A stretch of 64,000 nucleotides of DNA, from the NCBI GenBank assembly GCA_028279275.1, contig JANQOB010000006.1, positions 188,799 through 252,798 on the forward strand, given 5' to 3'. The notes beneath the pieces are model-generated. The model saw nothing but the letters and a program-made list of their open reading frames with translations, did not search any database and was not told the DNA's origin. How positions within the stretch are numbered: the first letter of the stretch is position 1; each line of letters begins with the position of its first letter. Below, piece by piece: positions 51,014 through 59,223 of this stretch. The translations under genes were made by a program, and so were the position numbers. Origin of the DNA: Gammaproteobacteria bacterium. Lineage in GTDB: Bacteria; Pseudomonadota; Gammaproteobacteria; UBA4575.

Positions 51014-51634
51014 CTACTCTCCAAGTGAACCTCTATTTAATGCTGCAAAAATATTTTTTACTTTTAAAACAATTTTATATAACTCAGATTTTAGAGTTTT
51101 ATAGAAGGTAATACCTTTCATGAGTCTTACCTCCAATGCGTTACGCATCGGATCTATTTCACTAGAAAATGCTTCATTAAATTTTTTATCGTTTTCCTTC
51201 CAGGCGTCTTTATTAGCACTAAATAATAATAATGATGCATCGAATAATTTATTTCTTAATGCATTAGCCATATCCAACTCTTCGCTTTCTAACCCATAGT
51301 TAAGAGCAACAAGAGCTTGCACTTTTGAAGAATTTACCAAATCATCTATTTTATTTTTATGAACTGTAATGTTTTCTCGAGGATAGTTAGCTTCTTTACC
51401 TGCATATTTTAGTTTGTAGTAGATATTTACTTGTCGTAAATGAAAATATATTTCATCAAAGAATTCTACAACCGATGCAGCAGTTTCATATTTTCTATCG
51501 CAGATAACACGAACATGTTGATAAAGTATTGCAAGTACTGTTGCTATTAACGCACCAAGTAGCCCAGAGATTAAATTATCCATAGTAGAATATGCTGTAA
51601 AGATAGTCTCATAGGCTCTTAAAAAATTATTCAA
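51014..51634 (-). CDS. membrane-anchored hypothetical protein
   Basis: 206 aa; TM LISGLLGALIATVLAILY then helical soluble domain. Confidence 0.45.
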   Translation of the reverse strand: MNNFLRAYETIFTAYSTMDNLISGLLGALIATVLAILYQHVRVICDRKYETAASVVEFFDEIYFHLRQVNIYYKLKYAGKEANYPRENITVHKNKIDDLVNSSKVQALVALNYGLESEELDMANALRNKLFDASLLLFSANKDAWKENDKKFNEAFSSEIDPMRNALEVRLMKGITFYKTLKSELYKIVLKVKNIFAALNRGSLGE

Positions 51635-51812
51635 TTATCCCTATAAACGGCATCATCGCTTTACGTTGCGCTGCCTTTAGTCGTTGCACGCGTTTATCTA
51701 AATTATTAGCACGCGCTAATTGCTCTTGATAATTTTCAGATATCTGATTCCGTAAGTATTCACAAATTCTTAGTTCGCGCTCACATTCTGTTTCGTTGTG
51801 ATTATTGGTCAT
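51627..51812 (-). CDS. hypothetical small protein
   Basis: 61-aa ORF, overlaps next gene start by 8 nt. Confidence 0.3.
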   Translation of the reverse strand: MTNNHNETECERELRICEYLRNQISENYQEQLARANNLDKRVQRLKAAQRKAMMPFIGIIE

Positions 51813-51821
51813 AGCTTTTAT

Positions 51822-52361
51822 TCAAAATAATTTTATTATTAATAAAAATATACCGATAAATACAGGGATAGCATCTGCAAGAATCCTGTAATCAAAAATA
51901 ATTAAGTTGATTAAAGCTCTAAATTTATGACTCTTTGTTGCATGGCTGCTTGTATGTTTCCATATATCATATGAATCGACATTGTCATCAGTAAGTATTC
52001 CTACATCTGTTACTTCGATGTTCGCATCTTTTAAAACAATTCCATTTAAAATTGATACATACGCGGAGTATGGGCCAGATATATAATGGAAAGTATCACC
52101 ATTCTTTTTGTACGTTGCAGTGTAATAATGCCATGTTGCTTGTATATGCATTGCTATAAACCAAAACAAAATTACAGGCAGAATATAATTGCTAACAATA
52201 TTCCATGAAATATTTCCTTCTAACCCCCCGTAGCGCACACCAGTAATCTTAAAATTCGCAAACTCAATCAGCACCACTAAGAAACTTGTATAAATTAGTG
52301 CACGTCTTTCTGATTTGTATCGATCATATGCTCTTATAAATTGAGCTTCATATGTGTCCAT
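51822..52361 (-). CDS. 3-TM membrane protein
   Basis: 179 aa, three hydrophobic helices incl. C-terminal IPVFIGIFLLIIKLF. Confidence 0.45.
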   Translation of the reverse strand: MDTYEAQFIRAYDRYKSERRALIYTSFLVVLIEFANFKITGVRYGGLEGNISWNIVSNYILPVILFWFIAMHIQATWHYYTATYKKNGDTFHYISGPYSAYVSILNGIVLKDANIEVTDVGILTDDNVDSYDIWKHTSSHATKSHKFRALINLIIFDYRILADAIPVFIGIFLLIIKLF

Positions 52362-52432
52362 TTATCTCATCCATCCCAACTTCAATTCAAGCATCATTCG
52401 CTCGTTGCATTATAAAATCCTTCTGCGATTAG

Positions 52433-53074
52433 TTATAACACGTCCATATAATAGTATTTGCCATTATTACAATCTCTGGATATTACATAATAAATATTGT
52501 CAATTGCTACGCAAGTACCAAATGAAAGGCATGAAGATATTCTAAGTTTGGCAGCTTCAAAATTGTGCTCATATGGATATGATTTACTTGCTTCAAGCCC
52601 TTTAAGTATCGGATAAAGAGCGAGCCAAATATCAAAAATGTATCTATGTTTTTCATTGAATGACTGAATATGTGCAATTACACCTTGATTAACAAGAGCT
52701 TTGGAATCAAGAAAGCGAAAGTGTGTATCAATATAATCTTTAATCGATGTACCGTCTTCAAAATCTTTCTCAAGAAAGTTTTCTAATTTGTTTATATAAA
52801 AATTAATATCTTCACGTGCGGAATTAATAAAAGCTTGATCATGTTGGTGCTTGCCAATTGAGCGTTGAATTAATAATTGATTAGCCAGTATAAACAGGGC
52901 TACAAGTGCTATGAGTGGAGAATATATACCAGTTAAATAAGATCCGAACTCAGACCAATTAGAGTGCTCAGTAGATAGTGAAAATCCAAATTGATAAATA
53001 TAGAGCAACAGAGGTAGCAGTAGGATACAAACTGCCAACAAAATCAATAATATTAGTTTGGCTTTAACTTTCAA
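52433..53074 (-). CDS. 2-TM membrane protein with ~130-aa soluble C-terminal domain (first gene of TIR operon)
   Basis: 213 aa; TMs LILLILLAVCILLLPLLLYIY and LIALVALFILANQLLI. Confidence 0.45.
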   Translation of the reverse strand: MKVKAKLILLILLAVCILLLPLLLYIYQFGFSLSTEHSNWSEFGSYLTGIYSPLIALVALFILANQLLIQRSIGKHQHDQAFINSAREDINFYINKLENFLEKDFEDGTSIKDYIDTHFRFLDSKALVNQGVIAHIQSFNEKHRYIFDIWLALYPILKGLEASKSYPYEHNFEAAKLRISSCLSFGTCVAIDNIYYVISRDCNNGKYYYMDVL

Positions 53075-53160
53075 TTGATACGAGTTCTTATAGCAATATA
53101 TCTATTAATGCTATTCATTTCTTTATGTTTATCACAATATTTCTGGAGAATCTTTAATGG

Positions 53161-53186
53161 CCGCTTTGGGTCGTTTGCAGACATTT
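53161..53186 (+). repeat. Island C motif copy E
   Basis: CCGCTTTGGGTCGTTTGCAGACATTT, ~85-110 nt upstream of the TIR-operon first gene. Confidence 0.55.
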
Positions 53187-53393
53187 GATTTACATTATTC
53201 GACTTAGATTTATCTATTATAAGGGTGTATCTAAAAAGTTATAGACACAAAACACCAGCGACTCTACTGCTGTGACAAAATTGTGTCATGTTACCGTTTA
53301 TTTACTACGATTAAGGCACAATTTATAAAGGTAAGGTTGTAACTGTGTTATGTAAGCGTATGTTTTTATTTACGCTATTTTTTAGATCTTTGA

Positions 53394-53432
53394 TTCGAAG
53401 CCAGGTACTCTATCCAGCTGAGCTACGGGCGC
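53394..53432 (-). repeat. displaced copy of tRNA-Arg 5' half (acceptor/D-arm through anticodon loop)
   Basis: 39 nt identical to 37095-37133; similarity ends at anticodon loop. Confidence 0.8.
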
Positions 53433-53486
53433 ACATCAAGATTATAACGGGTTGCTAGATGTTTTGGATTAGCACAGTATCCACAC

Positions 53487-53963
53487 ATGGTAGATTCAAC
53501 CCAACATTACTCTAAATTTTTAGCATTTCTGCAACTATTTTATCCATCTTTATATAAACAAATCAGTGCCCTTTCTGAAAATTCGGATCTCGTAGAAGCG
53601 GATTTAATCTGCTCAAATAATACTCATTCTTTTCGAGCCATTGTCTACAGTGAGGGCATTACAAAAGATGGTGAGCTGCTTGAAATACATGCGGGTAAAT
53701 ACTCAATAGCACCTTATTCATGGGATTGGCGCTGGGTATTTGCCTTAAAAATTTTATTTAACGGAAATAATATTTTTCCAATTAAATTCAAACAAAAAGT
53801 AATCGCGCTTCCTACAGGAAAGCACCCTGTTACCGATAAATTTTTTAATATTCTGCAAGAGGAGTTTAACAAAGCGGTTATTGAGATTATTAAATCTGCA
53901 AAACATGATAACTTACCAATACATGAAGGTTTCATCGAGTATTGCAAATCTATCAATATTTAA
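53487..53963 (+). CDS. hypothetical protein
   Basis: 158-aa ORF in host flank. Confidence 0.4.
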   Translation: MVDSTQHYSKFLAFLQLFYPSLYKQISALSENSDLVEADLICSNNTHSFRAIVYSEGITKDGELLEIHAGKYSIAPYSWDWRWVFALKILFNGNNIFPIKFKQKVIALPTGKHPVTDKFFNILQEEFNKAVIEIIKSAKHDNLPIHEGFIEYCKSINI

Positions 53964-53971
53964 AACAACTG

Positions 53972-55153
53972 TTAACTGGGTTTGGAAAGTTTTAATTCTT
54001 TAGTATTTGATTGGTTTTTTGCTTTTGGCAGAGAACTTTCTATATAACTCATTACATGCTCCGCAGTCGCACGATAAGCGGTAAGTTTGCCGCCAAAAAT
54101 GGATAATAATCTGGGTTTATGTTTTCGGTCTCGAAGATAAATCGTTTCCCTAGAACGCTGGTTTGCATTTTTCTGGCTTCTTGGTAATACGCGTAACCCT
54201 GAAAACTTTTTACTGACATCAAATTTATGATCGCGGAATTTTGGGAAATGTTTATAAAAAGCATCCAACAAATACTCTACTTCTTGAACTAACGGAGATG
54301 TTTTTGATGGATCGTTATTAAAAATACTTTCGGTAGTTCCAATCATTGTTTCACCATACCAGGGCATCACGAATATGGGACGTTGATCGTGGGGGCTTTC
54401 TATATAAAAAATAACTTCGCCCAACTGTATGGGTAATATAATGTGTGTGCCTTGAACTAAATCTACCTGAATATTTTTTTGTTCCGGCTGAACGTTATCT
54501 ACTATATGAGATGCCCATGGTCCTGCAGCGTTTACGATAACTTTACTCTTCAGTTCATTAATCTTTCCTTGATCATCTAAGTACATAATTTTATTAGAAT
54601 TATCTTCTAATAAAACCTTATTCACTTTTGCATTTAATATAAGCTCGGCTCCATAGTCTTGAGCAGAATTCATCACTGATAGGGTCAACAGACTATCATC
54701 TGTTTGTGCTTCAAAATATTTATAGACTGCGAGCAGGTTTTCTTGCGTTAACCCATGTAATGATTCCCATTCTTGCTTAGGTATTTTTTTAAATCGTGCA
54801 TCTTTACTTAGATTTCCCAACAAGGCATACAAAGACAAACCCATACGAATCATTAATGGTGTGCGTTTGGAATTTTTGTATATGGGAATATAAACCGGTG
54901 TGAGTTTTACAAGATCTGGAGCATTTTTAAGCAAGTAACTCCGCTCGATTAAGCATTCACGCACCAGTGAAAATTCAAATTGCTCTAAGTAACGTAACCC
55001 CCCGTGTATGAGTTTGCTTGAGCGAGAAGACGTACCTTCTGCCAAATTATCATATTGCTCAAGTAAAACGGTTTTGTATCCTCGCACTGCAGCCGCTTGT
55101 GCAACCCCAACACCATGAATACCTCCACCTATAATCGCAACATCATAAGTCAT
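53972..55153 (-). CDS. FAD-dependent oxidoreductase, glycerol-3-phosphate dehydrogenase-like
   Basis: N-terminal YDVAIIGGGIHGVGVA dinucleotide-binding motif; 393 aa; operon with GDPD and FGGY kinase. Confidence 0.7.
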   Translation of the reverse strand: MTYDVAIIGGGIHGVGVAQAAAVRGYKTVLLEQYDNLAEGTSSRSSKLIHGGLRYLEQFEFSLVRECLIERSYLLKNAPDLVKLTPVYIPIYKNSKRTPLMIRMGLSLYALLGNLSKDARFKKIPKQEWESLHGLTQENLLAVYKYFEAQTDDSLLTLSVMNSAQDYGAELILNAKVNKVLLEDNSNKIMYLDDQGKINELKSKVIVNAAGPWASHIVDNVQPEQKNIQVDLVQGTHIILPIQLGEVIFYIESPHDQRPIFVMPWYGETMIGTTESIFNNDPSKTSPLVQEVEYLLDAFYKHFPKFRDHKFDVSKKFSGLRVLPRSQKNANQRSRETIYLRDRKHKPRLLSIFGGKLTAYRATAEHVMSYIESSLPKAKNQSNTKELKLSKPS

Positions 55154-55156
55154 GTA

Positions 55157-55885
55157 TTATTTAAAATATTCAGAATTACTGAGTTTTACAATATCACCCG
55201 TTTCAATTAAATCCACACCCTGCTCTAGTAATTCATAAGCAAAATCTGGATTACTAATATCATACAAAGCCCACTTCCATGAACCTTTCCATAACTGATC
55301 GGGTCGGTTAATTTTTTTCACGTTACAAAACAGGTATTCTGGTTGCATATCTTCTGCTTGCCTGAAGTATTCCTTATTATATTTTTTCAACACATAACCT
55401 GTAGGCAATAATTTTTTACTTTTTACATATCGGACAACACTAGATAAAAAAGAAATAATGATGATATTAAATTCTGCGTTCCTCTGAACACCTAATACAC
55501 GATTCACTACTGCTTCTAAACCAAACTTCTCAACACTCTCTTTTTTGATTTCAACAAAAACATGTAATTTAGAGTACTGATTAATAAGCTGTATTATTTG
55601 CTCCAAACTAGGAATAAATAATAATTCGTTTTCATCTTCAAGTTCCTTTGAATGCAGCAAAGATATAGATTGCAGTTCTTTAGCTTCCAAATCCCAGACT
55701 TTTTTATTAATACCCGTAGTTCGTTTTAAATTTTCATCATGGATCACAATAGGTTCTAGATCTTTAGAGAACTGAATATCTAGTTCAAGATACTGAAAAC
55801 CAAGCATTGCTGCCTTTTTAAAGGCAAGCGCACTGTTCTCTGGATATGTCGTCATATCTCCTCGATGCGCAATCAATCTATTCAT
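55157..55885 (-). CDS. glycerophosphodiester phosphodiesterase (GDPD family)
   Basis: HRGD...PENS...ELDIQFSKD...IVIHD motifs. Confidence 0.8.
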   Translation of the reverse strand: MNRLIAHRGDMTTYPENSALAFKKAAMLGFQYLELDIQFSKDLEPIVIHDENLKRTTGINKKVWDLEAKELQSISLLHSKELEDENELLFIPSLEQIIQLINQYSKLHVFVEIKKESVEKFGLEAVVNRVLGVQRNAEFNIIIISFLSSVVRYVKSKKLLPTGYVLKKYNKEYFRQAEDMQPEYLFCNVKKINRPDQLWKGSWKWALYDISNPDFAYELLEQGVDLIETGDIVKLSNSEYFK

Positions 55886-57309
55886 TAATGCAACATTCCT
55901 TTAAGGGCATCACGAAACAGCTTGTATCGCGACATGGGTGAATCATTTTCATTTGGGTAAAAATATTTGCTCTCTAAAATACTCCAATCAGGCTTTTGCA
56001 TAACAAGCCAGGCAGCGCCACGAGATGTGGCTTCTTTGAAATTTGACACAACAACATCTGCTGCGCATAAATCAGCTAAACATTGACACAAATGCTCATC
56101 CTTACTCATTCCACCCGCGAGTAATAATTGGTTAATTTGAACCTCATGCATGCGGATTTCTTCTATGTTGATCGTAATTAAAAATGCAACACTCTCCATC
56201 AATGCAGCCATGCACTGATTAATCGAGTAATTTTTATAGTTTTTATCAGATTGCAGAAATCTAGGTTGTATATCGCTTTTCCAAAATGGTGAACCCAAAC
56301 CACCTATGGTATTTAAAAATATCGGAACATCTTCAACATCTTTCCATTCAACGGATTCAATTTCATTGATGCCCCATTCTTCTTCTGCCCAAGTCATGGC
56401 GGCCCCCGCACCATTTACGGTACCTTCCAAAACAAATTCTTCTTCGATATCAGAGCTAAATGTAATACTGCTTAATAAATTTGAACTCAAAATTGGCCCT
56501 TGCTTACTCCTAGCTAATATAAATGCGCCTGTACCAATATTGACAAAAGCAGTATTAGTCTCAAGCTTTCCGTAACCATAAACTGCACTATTTTGATCAC
56601 CATTTAATAAAACCAAAGGATATTCTAATTTTTTTACCATTCCATATTCGAAGCAATTGGGTACAGGCTTGGGTAGATAACGAGCATCAATACAAAATGC
56701 AGCTAGCAACTCTTCATCCCATGTTTTAGTTTTTAAATTCCAAAGGAGTGTTCGATGCGCATTTGAATAGTCTATAAGATTTGGCTGATGCTCAAGCAAA
56801 TTGAAAATTAAATACGTTGCAAGTGGACCAAATCTAAGATGATCTTTCTGCCGCTTATCTTTAACTACATCATCATTTTCTAATAGCCATTGCAGCTTAG
56901 ACGCGCCATAGTGAGGTGACAATGGCAACCCTGTTTTTTGCTTTATAATGTCCTCTTGAATTTCAAAATTTTCTAATTGACCTTGTGTACGAGTATCCAA
57001 CCAGCTTAATGCAGGCGTAATCGCTTCACCAGTAAGCTTATCCCAAGCAATTACAGTGGAACGCTGCGTGGTTAATGCAACAGCAATATTAGTTAATTTT
57101 TGTGTCTTAATGAATTCCTGTGCATCATCTAATACTGAGATACATGATTCTAAAATTTGTGCGCCATCTTGCTCAACCTGGAATGAATCTCGATAGTAGA
57201 GATCAATTTCTTGTTGAGATTTGAAAACTGCTTTGCCTGAATGATTATAGACAATCGCACGGGTGGAGTGCGTACCTTGGTCTACAACAATTACATATGA
57301 CCAAGACAT
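55885..57309 (-). CDS. FGGY-family carbohydrate kinase (glycerol-kinase-like)
   Basis: N-terminal VVVDQGTHSTRAIVY FGGY motif; 474 aa. Confidence 0.8.
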   Translation of the reverse strand: MSWSYVIVVDQGTHSTRAIVYNHSGKAVFKSQQEIDLYYRDSFQVEQDGAQILESCISVLDDAQEFIKTQKLTNIAVALTTQRSTVIAWDKLTGEAITPALSWLDTRTQGQLENFEIQEDIIKQKTGLPLSPHYGASKLQWLLENDDVVKDKRQKDHLRFGPLATYLIFNLLEHQPNLIDYSNAHRTLLWNLKTKTWDEELLAAFCIDARYLPKPVPNCFEYGMVKKLEYPLVLLNGDQNSAVYGYGKLETNTAFVNIGTGAFILARSKQGPILSSNLLSSITFSSDIEEEFVLEGTVNGAGAAMTWAEEEWGINEIESVEWKDVEDVPIFLNTIGGLGSPFWKSDIQPRFLQSDKNYKNYSINQCMAALMESVAFLITINIEEIRMHEVQINQLLLAGGMSKDEHLCQCLADLCAADVVVSNFKEATSRGAAWLVMQKPDWSILESKYFYPNENDSPMSRYKLFRDALKGMLH

Positions 57310-57321
57310 TTAAATAAAGGA

Positions 57322-57915
57322 TTATACTTGTCTCTTAAGATAGAAAAATAATCGAAAACCGAGTAGAACAGCTAAAATAATTGCGTATATCATTGGTTCG
57401 CGTGTATCAATTTTCACCATCCACCAAAAATGCAACACAGCAAGTATAGCAATTAAATAAACTAAACGATGTAATTGTATCCATCTATACTGCAAGCGCT
57501 CAACCATTTTATTTGTTGAGGTTACGGCAAGTGGAATAAGCAATATAAATGCAGAAAACCCTACTGTAATAAAAGGTCGCTTAAAGACATCATCTATGAT
57601 TGCGCGAAAATCAAAAAACTGATCTAGCACTACATAAGAAGTCAGGTGTAGACATACATAAAAAAATGCAAACAAACCAACCATACGTCGATATTGGATA
57701 ACATTATTCCACCGAAAAATTCGAATGATTGGAGAAAATGCAAGTGTTAGTAATAGAATTCGTAAAGCCCAATCACCTGTATATCGATTAATTGTTTCAA
57801 TGGGATTAGCACCAAACCCTTCGGAATAAAACCGATAAGCCAGTAATACCAAAGGCAGTAACATCAATATAAAGAGTACGGGCTTAATTTTCTTGCCCGA
57901 TTGCTTAGTTAGCAC
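57322..57915 (-). CDS. msrQ: protein-methionine-sulfoxide reductase heme-binding subunit MsrQ (YedZ)
   Basis: 197 aa, ~6 TM, directly downstream of msrP. Confidence 0.7.
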   Translation of the reverse strand: MLTKQSGKKIKPVLFILMLLPLVLLAYRFYSEGFGANPIETINRYTGDWALRILLLTLAFSPIIRIFRWNNVIQYRRMVGLFAFFYVCLHLTSYVVLDQFFDFRAIIDDVFKRPFITVGFSAFILLIPLAVTSTNKMVERLQYRWIQLHRLVYLIAILAVLHFWWMVKIDTREPMIYAIILAVLLGFRLFFYLKRQV

Positions 57916-57950
57916 AGTTTTCTGGGTGTTTTATTCTAATTTTATACGAA

Positions 57951-58916
57951 TCAGAAGTTTTGCTTAAGATCCATACCTGTATATAAGCTAGCAACTTGGT
58001 CGGCATAGCCGTTGAAAGGTAAAGTTTCTCGTTTTAAAAATTCTCCGATTCTTCGCTCTCGCTTTTGGCTCCATCTTGGATGATCTACTTCAGGGTTCAC
58101 ATTTGAATAAAAACCATATTCTTTTGGGCCAGCAAGATTCCAACTTGTTGCAGGTTGTTCCTCTAAAAAGTTAATACTGACGATTGACTTAATACTTTTA
58201 AACCCATACTTCCAAGGCACAACTAAACGTAATGGCGCACCATTTTGATTGGGCAACTTTTTACCATATAAACCAACCGCTAGAATCGTTAACGGATGCA
58301 TGGCTTCATCAATGCGTAGTCCTTCGCGATAAGGCCAATCCAGAACATTTCGTTTTTGACCTGGCAAATTTTCAGGATCTAAAATAGTTTTGAATTCAAC
58401 ATACTTTGCCTTTGATGTGGGTTTGAATTTCTTCAAAATTGGTCCGAGCTCAATACCCACCCATGGAATTACCATTGACCACGCTTCAACACATCGTAAA
58501 CGATAAATTCTCTCTTCAAGTTTTGCGGGTGAAATGAAATCTTCTAAATCAAATTCACCTGTTTCCTCACACTCACCTGTAACCAACACACTCCAGGGCT
58601 TAACTTTTAAATGATGTGCATTACGTTTTGGGTCACCCTTATCTAAGCCTAACTCATAAAAATTGTTGTAACTCGTTATCGCATCAAAAGGTGTTAATTC
58701 ATCGTTAGTGGAATATTCACTTTTGCTGATGTTTTCAAAATTAATATTTGCAGCTCCAATTGCTGGCCACATGGCAAAAGAAGGCGCTAGAGACATTGCT
58801 GCTAAAGATGCAGAATTTTTTATAAATTTTCTACGTTCTTTGTATATAGCCTGATCGGTAACATCAGACTCGGTTAAATCCAGAGGCTTTCGTACTTTTA
58901 TCAACATGTTCATCAA
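57951..58916 (-). CDS. msrP: protein-methionine-sulfoxide reductase catalytic subunit MsrP (YedY, Mo-cofactor, Tat-exported)
   Basis: 321 aa; LTESDVT and Tat motif [18 protein letters not shown] parallel E. coli MsrP N-terminus. Confidence 0.85.
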   Translation of the reverse strand: MMNMLIKVRKPLDLTESDVTDQAIYKERRKFIKNSASLAAMSLAPSFAMWPAIGAANINFENISKSEYSTNDELTPFDAITSYNNFYELGLDKGDPKRNAHHLKVKPWSVLVTGECEETGEFDLEDFISPAKLEERIYRLRCVEAWSMVIPWVGIELGPILKKFKPTSKAKYVEFKTILDPENLPGQKRNVLDWPYREGLRIDEAMHPLTILAVGLYGKKLPNQNGAPLRLVVPWKYGFKSIKSIVSINFLEEQPATSWNLAGPKEYGFYSNVNPEVDHPRWSQKRERRIGEFLKRETLPFNGYADQVASLYTGMDLKQNF

Positions 58917-59223
58917 TGCCCTAGTAATCAGTTAGTTATTACGGTATTAGAGTAAATTCTATATTAACGGTTCACAAATTCATGCACCATGCGTACATAA
59001 TCTTGTGCTGTCCAGCCTAATAGACCGGACTTGTTGCCAATTAATGACGAATCAGATATTGAAGAAATAAGAACTCAGTAGATCTACCAGTTTTCTAGGG
59101 TCAAAGGAATTTTCGAATACCTTTATAGCTCCATTTTGAATTGCGAGTAGTGTTCCTAATCTATTCATCGAAGCAAACTTGAGACAATAGAAAGTAAAAG
59201 TCCAACAATAAAAAGCGAGGCCC

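Larger units (their letters stand above)
37134..53432. mobile_element. Island C: integrase-bearing element on the 5' side of tRNA-Arg, ending in a displaced tRNA 5' half
   Basis: int adjacent to tRNA 5' end; 39-nt copy of tRNA 5' half at 53394-53432; internal repeated motif and iterons. Confidence 0.55.

Noticed and set aside
40715..53186. Island C repeated motif as rho-independent terminators
   Set aside because: Only copy A forms a convincing stem (GTCCGCT/AGCGGAC). None is followed by a T-tract on either strand, and several lie upstream, not downstream, of genes.
23047..53432. Interpretation of the whole 23-53 kb block as one ICE/conjugative element
   Set aside because: No relaxase, T4SS or coupling-protein genes. 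Two different integrases and two different tRNA-half duplications indicate two independent integrative elements.
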